DNA of 33,578 nucleotides, taken from the NCBI GenBank assembly GCA_965202585.1, contig OZ241830.1, positions 27,124,423 to 27,158,000 on the forward strand. Direction: 5' to 3'. This document shows, piece after piece, positions 24,411-33,578 of the stretch; position 1 is the first letter of the stretch; every line of letters starts with the position of its first letter. The DNA comes from Thalia democratica. Taxonomy: Eukaryota. The position numbers and the translations under genes were made by a program. The notes beneath the pieces are model-generated. The model worked only from the letters and a program-made list of their open reading frames with translations, was not told the origin of the DNA and ran no database searches.

Positions 24411-25195
24411 GTAATTTAGAAACTAATTTTAATTCTACGTATTTTTTTTTCCTACAACTTGCATGCAGAAAGAATCGATTGAAAATATGTTTTCATTTTT
24501 TCAAAACAGTTTAAGTATCGAACTAGAATATTGACAAACAAGCCGACAAACAAATAAGCCCTTAATTAGTCATTTACTCTATTAAAGCATTTAAAAGGTT
24601 ATTGTTTAAGAAATTTAAAAACTTTTAATTAAAAATAAAATCAAATGTGTTAAAACTTTAAGCGAGAATAAGCTATGTATCTAAATATATAAAAAAAAAT
24701 TTTTTTTAAACTAGATTATTAATTTTTTTAATAGTAATTCATTTAAACTTTTTTTAGCTTAATATATATGAAAAATATACATATATTAAAAATTTTATAA
24801 AAAGTTCTGGTTGATAGTGCTCGCCAAGTTGAATTGGAGCTAAATATTTATTTAATTATATAAAAACAATAGTTTAGAACAGAAATTCAGATTTTAATTT
24901 TTTTATAATAACTATGACGTAGCAACAATATAGTTTATTGTACAGTTAGCTGAATTTGAAAAATACTCTGTACTTGTTAATTTATGGATTTTGGAAAGTT
25001 TCAAAAAGGTTATAAAAAAATGTTTTAAACTATTAAAACGATATTTTAAACTACTCGTGTTTTCGTATTAATTTTTACTGTGTTTTAATATTTAGTTAGT
25101 TTTAAAACTTTTTAAATATATTATTGCAACGTAATAACTATTATAAAAATTTAAAAATCTAAATTTATGTTTACTATAGATAAAAATAAAACTCC

Positions 25196-25253
25196 AGCTT
25201 ACTGAGAGGTACATGAAGTTATATATTTCATGTACGAAACAGCTGTCTAAACT
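25196..25253 (+). ncRNA. Type I hammerhead ribozyme motif (core slightly mutated)
   Basis: AGCTTA-CTGAGAG-GTACATGAA-GTTATATAT-TTCATGTAC-GAAA-CAGCTG-TC-TAAACT. It has a perfect 9-bp stem II, exact GAAA, palindromic stem III (CAGCTG), a GUC cleavage triplet (after 25247) and a 5/6-bp stem I. The CUGANGA box reads CUGAGAG. Confidence 0.7.
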
Positions 25254-25499
25254 ATTGTTTTTATATAATTAAGTATATATTGATATACATATATCGAACA
25301 ATATTTGTAATATAAAAAAAACAACTAATTTTCGAATCGTTTACTCAGTTTCAGTGTTTAACACATATTTTCTGAACAAAATAAAGAACATAGCATAATT
25401 TTTAAAAAATCACTCATAAAACACATTTAGACGTTTCAAATAAAATTAAATAATTTTGTTAGCCTATTTAAAAATCAACTTATTTACAAGTCAACTTAT

Positions 25500-26481
25500 T
25501 TTTTGCTTTGTTTGTTCTTGTTTTTGTTATATTTTATTGTTATTTGTTGTTATAAGTTAGTGGTTTTCGTTCTTTTAAAATTCATATTTTGATATCGGAG
25601 GCATGGTAGCTGTCTTTCTTTTCTTTTATTTAATGAGAAATGTATTTTAATTTTTTAGATTTTGTACTTTTCCAATCAACATAAATGGCATGTTATGTTG
25701 TTTTTCGTTGTTTTTATTGATTCTGCAGAGTTTTTCTCGTTTTAAATTGTAGTCTTTGTTTGTGTCTTTTAACTCCAAAAAACAGTTCGAAAGTTCGGTA
25801 TTGTGCCTTTTTAGTTTATTAGTAAAGCTTGCTTTATGGTTGCTATATCTGTTTTTTAAATGTTGTACTAGTGGAACCCACGTAAAATCTTGTTATACCG
25901 TCTGTGTTTCTAGTACCTCGGTTGATTATATTTTTCGATAGGCAGTTATTGTATAAAGGGCATTTTTCTTTCCTGCAGGTGCAGGTTTTTTTTTATGTTG
26001 TTTGAAATTTAGATTGTTTGATGTTTTGTTATTATGTTTGAATAGAGTTTTAATTAGAGTTTAGCAAATTAACTAATTTTTTCACGACCAGTTATTGTGT
26101 TTAAGAATTTTTATTTTAAAATATTCCATAGAGCTATAAGAAATGTTGAGTATATTTCTTTTAAAAAATGTTGTGGTATGGGTGGTTTGTGTTAAAGTGT
26201 TTACTACCAAGTTAAGGAATCATTTGCCTATTTTAGTTGCTACAGTTAGGGAATAAGGTGGGTTGAAATAAGTATTTTTTTCTTTGCCCTTTTGTTGTTT
26301 TTTCATTTGCCCTTTGGTAGGTTAGGTTGAATTTGTAGTCGGCGGATTTTAGTGCTAGTTGATAGTTATTTTTTATATGGTTAAATGATTCTTCGTTACT
26401 TGATAGATTGTTTAGTCTTTCGTTAATAGTTATAAGTAGTTGTTTTAATATTTGATTCTTAGGTTGAATTTGTAGTTGGCG
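25500..26481 (-). mobile_element. 5'-truncated, decayed Penelope-like retroelement (PLE-2): RT thumb/linker + GIY-YIG endonuclease
   Basis: The minus strand, across stops and frameshifts, reads QILKQLLITINERLNNLSSNEESF...YFNPPYSLTVATKIGK*FLNLVV/HFNTNHPYHNIF/KRNILNISYSSME...TCTCRKEKCPLYNNCLSKNII...RFYVGSTSTTFK/RYSNHKASFTNKLKRHNTELSN (YVG 25884-25876). Stop TAA 25552-25550, then an A-rich tail. Confidence 0.92.
26322..26481. repeat. 23-bp direct repeat at the PLE-2 5' junction
   Basis: TTAGGTTGAATTTGTAGTCGGCG (26322-26344) vs TTAGGTTGAATTTGTAGTTGGCG (26459-26481), 22/23 identical. Confidence 0.85.
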
Positions 26482-29400
26482 CTTATATCTAATAATAAAT
26501 ATTGCTGATCTTAAATACTTTAAATGAGTAATTATAAAAAGTATTTAGCTGTAGTTTAAGATCTTAAATCATAATTATATCATAGATAAAATTTTACAAA
26601 GTTTTTTAAAATTTTTATATTTGTTCATTTTATTTAAGATAAAGTTCAACAAAAAAAAAGTATTACATAAATAAAAGTAGTTTATATGGATGTGTAGGAT
26701 ATACAAGTTTATGTACAGTATAATTTCATCAAAAACTTTTATATTGTACTTTTAAAATGCTAGTTAAAAGATTTAGTGATATTTGAATATTACTTTAGAA
26801 TGATATGATTCAAGCATAAACTATGATTATTTTATTAATCATTGCTACAAAGTCGTTTAAGGTCTAATCAACGTGTATTATAAATTTGCGTTACATATTG
26901 AAATATTATTGAAAAATATGTTGAAATATTAAGTTAACTGAAAAATAAACAATAATCACTGGTTACGTAAATTTTTATTTTATTCATATACATACTGCTA
27001 AAAACATAAAAAAGTCTACGGTTAATTTTGTTTAACTAAATAATAAATTCTAATTTGTAATATTACCAGAAATTGTGCAAACTTCTAGTTTAATTTTAAA
27101 TATTTACATATACATTAAACCAACGTTCAATTCTTATTTTAAATAAAATTAACTTAGTTTAAGCAAAATATATTTTAAATTATATTGACCTTTGCCTTTC
27201 GCTAGAATTAACAAAAAAATGAAGTATGCTTTTTAAGTAATAGGGTTTAAATTTAGGGTTGTAAAAAAGAAAATACGCAGAAAAGTAAATTCTCAAAATT
27301 TATATTTTATGAGACAAGGTATTTGAAGTACTTTAAAATAGATTATTTACGTATTTTAAACTTTTTGTTAGTTATGGTAATTATAAACAAGCCTAAATAG
27401 TTATTAATTATTATAAAGGATTTCTCCAAAACAATTTATAAAAGTTTTTAGATGGTATCAATATAATTTTATTCATTTAACTAATTTTACGCAATTCTAC
27501 AATAACTTAAAAAAAAATTATGACAATACATACATATATCTTAAAACATAGAGCCGTAATATACAAATTTACAAACAGTATAACAATGATTTTTTTAAAT
27601 GTGTTTGGGAATAGTTTAAAAATGTAAAAAAATAAATTATTTTAATTTTTAAGATTGAATAACATACGTTTTTTTATTTAATCGATGTGAATAAAAATAC
27701 TAAATTACTAGTATACACAATTGTTACTTAACATTAAAACTAGTAAAAAAGTTCCAACAAAGAAATAAAACAGAAAATTTCTGAAACTTATCTACATGAC
27801 TCCATAAATTAACAAAATACATATTGCTATCATTTTAAAACAATAAAGCATTGGACAATAACATTTAAGTAATTATTTAATTGTAAAAAAACTTGAAAAT
27901 TTATACTAAAATGCTATATACTTTTTATAAGAAATGTAACTAAAACACATTAGTTAAATTCAGTAAAATCAATATGGCTGGCTTATAATTATACAACTGC
28001 TACGTTTTAACGTTATACTAATATATTTTTCCATTACGTGTGTTATAAAACGTTTAAAAATGAGTTATAAATCTATCAAATGTTTTCAATTTATCTTCTT
28101 TTTCTGTTTATTGATTTTATTTGAAAACTTAAGTTTCTACTATAATTTTAAAAGTTTACGACCAAAGTGGTTTTGAAATACGTTTTATATAAATTTAAAT
28201 ATATTATTTATATCAATATATTCAAAACGTGTACAATTTAATATTATTAAATATCAGCATATGGTAACGGTATAACAGTTTAAAACTATGTGTACTAGGA
28301 TGCATAAAAGGATTTAGATCATTACATCGATTTTAGAATTTAATTAACTTTATTTAGCAAAAAAAACTTATATGGCATAAGTTCAAAACAAAAAACAGTT
28401 TAAAACTGTAAAGATCATTTTTAGAAACAATTTGATTATTCATAATAAAGTCATTACATACTATTTTTATTCAAACGCTAACTTTAATAAAAAAAATAAT
28501 AACTTCAATATATATTAAATATGATTGTGCTGTCAGTAAAAATTTGAAAAAAAATTCAAAATAATTTTAGTTAAATTTTTACCAAATTCAAAACTAGCAA
28601 GTTACTTAAACCCGATGTGTGATACAATAGTAACAAAACCTGTGAGGTAAAAAATAAAATAAAAACTAAAATCGGAATACAAAAATTAGTTATAGTATGC
28701 TGTGGTGTTATTTTTAAAAGGTTTTTGATACTTTTCTTAAACTATTAAAAAAAAATTCAACTAAATAATAGTAAAAAGTTTTAAGTCAGACTATTTTCTT
28801 GATAGCTATTAGAGCATAATTTAACTTTGTTGGTTGGTTGAGGTTAAAAATATTACAATAAGTAAGTGTAAGCTTAAGTTTAACAAAATTATAAGCCAAT
28901 CATAAATAAATATTGACAACCTGAAATAAGGTGCTTGTTTACAACTAAAAAATCACGTTTTTAAAGTTAAATAAAACTTAATGTTTTATAGACATTTTCC
29001 GATATGAAAACTCGGATTAACAAATTATCATGCATAATATACGATAAGAACCAGTATTGAAATAAATCTGACACGAGTTTAGAAAAAAATGTATATTTAT
29101 TACACAAAGATACCTAAATATAAAAATTAAAAACTTTGTATGTAGTATGTTTACAAATTTTCTTCAATAAAACATAAACACTGTTTTAAATATACGACTT
29201 TAAATAAAGTTTTTTATTTTATAAAATGTTCTGTATTACTCCAAATATATTTGATATACGAAGTCGAGCTTATTGCTTTTTTGAACCTGAAAGTGTTAAT
29301 GTTAAGACTTTTTACTTTAAAAGCAAAGTTTAGACTTATTACATACTCACTATTTTCTTTTCTAAAATTATAAATGTTATTAAATTAAAAAATGAAACCT

Positions 29401-32069
29401 TTATAATTTGGAAAGATAACTTTCTTTTGCGAAAAACAGTTTCACTTGGTAAACTTTACATAAAACAAATTATAAAAAGGGGGATAATTATTTTATATTT
29501 AATAAAATACATAAAGAAAAGCGTAAGTTTCGAATAAAAAATGTAATAAATGCTATTTTGCACGAACTATTTTTTACAAACTTATATTTTACTTTTGCAG
29601 AATTTAGCACCGTTGTAAATATAAAAATAAAGTTAAACTATTTTTCTTTTAACTTAAATATACATTAAAAAAGACACTGTTTGACTGTATTTCTATTTTA
29701 TTTTATAAAATTAAAATCGGTAGAGTGATTGTTGAACAATTTATTTTACAAATAAACCCAGATCAAATAACATTCATATTTTTAGTCGATTTTATTTGAA
29801 AATGCTGATAACATTTTCAATCGAGAAAAAATTAGTTTTAAACCTGTTATTAATTTATCAAAAACCACTTATATTTCTATTATTGATAAATAATTTCTTC
29901 GTGCTTACGCACATAGACATTTAAGCACAACAGTTTAGAAAACATAACTTATAACTTAAATTTACTTAATTTGTTCAAATATTTAACTAAATTAGAGATA
30001 ACAGGTTGGTGTATATAAATAAGTGTTACTTTAAAAAACACCTATTAAACTTATTCAAATTAGTTAAAATTTTATTGAGTGCAAATAATAAATTTGCAAT
30101 CATATAAAAATTACTCAATGCAATTTATTGATCACGTTCTAGCATCACGTGATAACTTACACATAAACTTTACGTAATCTAAAATCTATCTTTTTTCAAC
30201 AATATTTATTATTTTTTGTTTTCTTGACGGAATTTCTTTGCTTCACAAACAACTTGTAGATTTCAAGTTGATATTTGTTGTTTTTATGTTTACAGACAAA
30301 CTGTTACATTTATTTAAAAAAGGAGTTTTGATACTCAACTTTACTAAAGTTTATTAGAAAAAAATAATTTTTTTTGGAAAAACATTAAGTGATAAGCTTT
30401 TAAGATTTGTTTTAAACCTATAAAACTATTTAAAGAATTTCGTTCATAATATTTTTTCTAAAATAATTCAGAACTAACAAATTACTAACTAGTAAAACAT
30501 ATACAAAAAGTTCGAAGTTAAATTAAAAATACTTTAGATAGTTTTAATGTTTTGAATGTTTGTTTAAAATGTTTTACACAATTTACAGAACCTTTAAGTT
30601 TAATATGTTAGTGAATACGATAAAAACGATTTTAAACGTCATTACGATTTAATATTTCTTAAATATTTTACTAAAACTTTCATAAGCAAATTACTATTTT
30701 ATGTATTTTCTGTAGTTTTATGCTAACAAAAATAAACAGTTTCAAATGTAGATATATATATAAACTGTGTTCAATGCACAATGCAATGATCTTGTGTATT
30801 AAAAAAAAAGTATTTATTATGCTCAAACATTGCTAGAAAAAACATTTGTGTGTAAACGAGTAAAAAATTAGTTAGGGAATTAGATAAGTATAAAATACAA
30901 ATTTAACTTTATTCTAAAACACAGTAAACTTAACTATTTATGTTGTTTACTATTAAAAATAACTTATTCAATATTTATAGTGTTTTATCACTTTTTTTGA
31001 TTGCAAAGCAATATTTTAATTGTTTGCTTACTAAACATTTTCTACTTGATAGGTGGAAATATTTTATTAGCTGATCAAATATCATAGAAAGTAATTAATT
31101 TGACAGTCAAACATAAGTCTGCGTAACGATTAGTAAAACTTTAAATAGAAAGCTGTTGTGTCCAAAGACTATTAGAAAAATGGTAGACTAGAAACATTAA
31201 ATAGTAAATTTTATATTAAGTTATAATCAAAATAACTTTAAGCGAACGAATTTAACTAAGAGTACATTAATAACCATAAATTGGAATTTTAATATTACTT
31301 TTCTCATTACAAGGTTAAATTTTCCCAAATAAAAGTAATGCTTTAATTCTAATTAAAATAGGTCTGCGAAAACTATCTAGGTTTTTTTCTAATTTTAAAC
31401 AAACATTGTTTTCACATTAGCATAGAAATCTTTGACTTAGTTAGTTTAAGTAAAATGAATAATATATTTGTACCTTAAAGATAATACAACATGGAAGGTA
31501 ATGATACGAGTTTTGTTAGACAGACGTTAAGAAAAAAAAATAGTCAAAAGCCAAAAAAAAGTTATAACTAAACTTTGTTAAAATTTTATATTTGATGAAA
31601 CCATAGCTATGTATGATTTATTTTTCGATTTTATGTATTGTTTGTTTTAAGTTTAACGCATTGGCATTTCAAGTTGATTGCAAGTAAAAAAAAAACTTCG
31701 AATTTAAAGTTAATACTGGAAAAGTAAAGTTTGTATGTAGTTTTGAAGTTAAATTGTCTTAGGAATTTAAAAACAGTTGTTTATTAAATAATTGTAATAA
31801 AAACAAACAGGTTTAGTAAATACAAAATGTATATTAGATTTAATTGTGATATCGCTTTTATGTCCAATTTATACTTAAATTAAACAAATTAAATCGACAA
31901 AGTTAGAACAAATAAAAAACTCAAAATTTATTCTAGTTTAAGTAAGACAGAGATTAAACAAATAAATTTTTTAAGATCGACGTATACAATAGCTTTTAAA
32001 TATGTTTTTTCGTTATAAAAATCCACGTTAATATGAAAATTACTACACACTAGTTTTTTTATATATTTT

Positions 32070-32420
32070 TTTGCTTTATTTTACTATCGTTGAGTACAGA
32101 TTTTTTTTAATTTTTACGGTATATGTTAAAATTTTTTCAGTAAGTCTGTTTTTTTTTAAACGTTGCCTTATTTAATAAAACCGAATATAGCTAAGATATA
32201 TAATTATTTTTGACTTTTCTTATCTTTCTTTTATGAAAGAAGTACATAGTTTATTTTTCTTATATAAAACTAACGTCCTAGCCGTACTGAGTAACGTTGT
32301 ATATAATGATACTGATAACCTTTCAAAATGTTAAGTCTCATTAAATATATTTTTATTCAAATAACGAACAAAGAATTAAAGCTATTGTACTATTGTGTTA
32401 TCATGCTATCAACGATTTTA
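32070..32420 (-). repeat. Paralogous segment U3, inverted copy of the U1/U2 3' part
   Basis: The reverse complement of 32269-32323 is 53/55 identical to U1 10169-10223. Flanks also match (ttttatata.gaaaaataaactatg; aacgtttaaaa..aacagact; tctg-tactcaa). Confidence 0.88.
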
Positions 32421-33578
32421 CGAAATGTTTTAGATAAATTTTATGCATCATAGCTTTATTTATATGTTATGGTACTTAAGAGTTATCTCATCAATCTACT
32501 AAAAACTAAGTTTTAAATAATTTTAATTTACTTTTAAACATTATTTTTTAAATACTGATAAAAACGACATCATGTTTATATTTAAAAAAATACTTCAATA
32601 AAATTTTAATCTAGAAAATTTAGTTAAACATTTTTAAAAGGTAAAAAACGGACATATAAAATAAAAAAAGATCGTAACAGTTAAGAAATTGAATAAAACT
32701 TTAAAAGAAACTTTTTTTTTTGTATATACATAATCGTAAAAGTATTAACCCAAAGCAGTATAAGTTATGTAAATTTTTGATAACTTTATTAAACTTTAAA
32801 AAACACAATAACAATTGTTTATTATTCCTTATATATTGGTTATATTTAAAAATTCAACTACTGCCGCAGTTATAAAGTTTATAGAATTCTAGAACATAAT
32901 ACTGAAAATTTTATATTTCTCCTTCTAACCTCTAAAACCTATACTTATTTGTTACTAAAGAATTTTACGGTAGCAACTGAAACTCTTATTTATTCTAAGC
33001 TAAATGGTTATGTAAAGTATATGACTAATGACTAAGAGCTTTTAAATTGATTCGTTTTAGAGATAAGCAATGTGTTTAACAATTACCAACTTAGTAAATT
33101 GAATATCGTTTGTTTATAATTGAACAGAAATTTTGTTAAAACGTTTTTGTTATGTATACTGTTATTTTGTAAATAATTGCTTCGTTTGGATTTTTTTTAA
33201 GAAATTAAACTACAGTTTCTGGACCAGACTTGTCAAACGAATAGTTTACAATTCGTTTTTTACAGTATATGAATGTCTCTCGTAGGGGAATACCCTATTT
33301 TAAAAAATATAATGAATGAAATTCACTTGGATATTAAATCAAACAATAATTAAAGTTAAAAGGAGATAATGAATCAAAACAACCATGTAAGTTTTTTATT
33401 ATTTACGTTTTTGAAGAAAAATAAAAAATGGTTAAGTTATCTTTACTAAAGAATTGAACAAAACATTTAAATTTTAGAAAATACTTAAAAAAATGGTGTG
33501 GTGTTGTAGTTTAAGTCTAATGTAAAGTTATGGTATAATTTTGCAAATTAAATTATGTTCAGAACTTGTTTTGCTGTT

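Noticed and set aside
25756-25941. 61-aa + strand ORF
   Set aside because: Antisense to the PLE-2 GIY-YIG region.
1-33578. CRISPR arrays, tRNA/rRNA/snRNA genes, telomeric arrays
   Set aside because: No regularly spaced repeats, no T-loop/D-loop or rRNA motifs, and only isolated TTAGGG hexamers were seen by eye.

Overview
Very AT-rich (roughly 75-80% AT by eye), intron-containing eukaryotic genomic DNA that looks invertebrate; the species cannot be determined. I found no prokaryotic operons, CRISPR arrays, tRNAs or rRNAs. Supported content: (1) a decayed Penelope-like retroelement (PLE; RT + GIY-YIG) on + at 1-~2170, ending in a degenerate hammerhead-ribozyme (HHR)-like motif; (2) a ~390-bp fold-back/MITE-like element at ~4575-4965; (3) an intact spliced small RGS (regulator of G-protein signalling) gene on - (exons 5696-5845, 6392-6558, 6807-6871, ~7096-7409), which the ORF track largely misses; (4) an unexplained family of five diverged paralogous segments (8.9-10.4, 10.9-12.6, 17.6-18.6, 19.5-20.1 kb, plus an inverted copy at 32.1-32.4 kb) sharing a conserved ~55-nt core with splice-like and coding-like signatures; (5) a near-canonical type I HHR on + at 25196-25253, tail-to-tail with (6) a second, different, 5'-truncated PLE on - at ~25500-26481. 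The rest is mostly unassignable AT-rich sequence. All alignments and translations were done by eye, so repeat boundaries are approximate.
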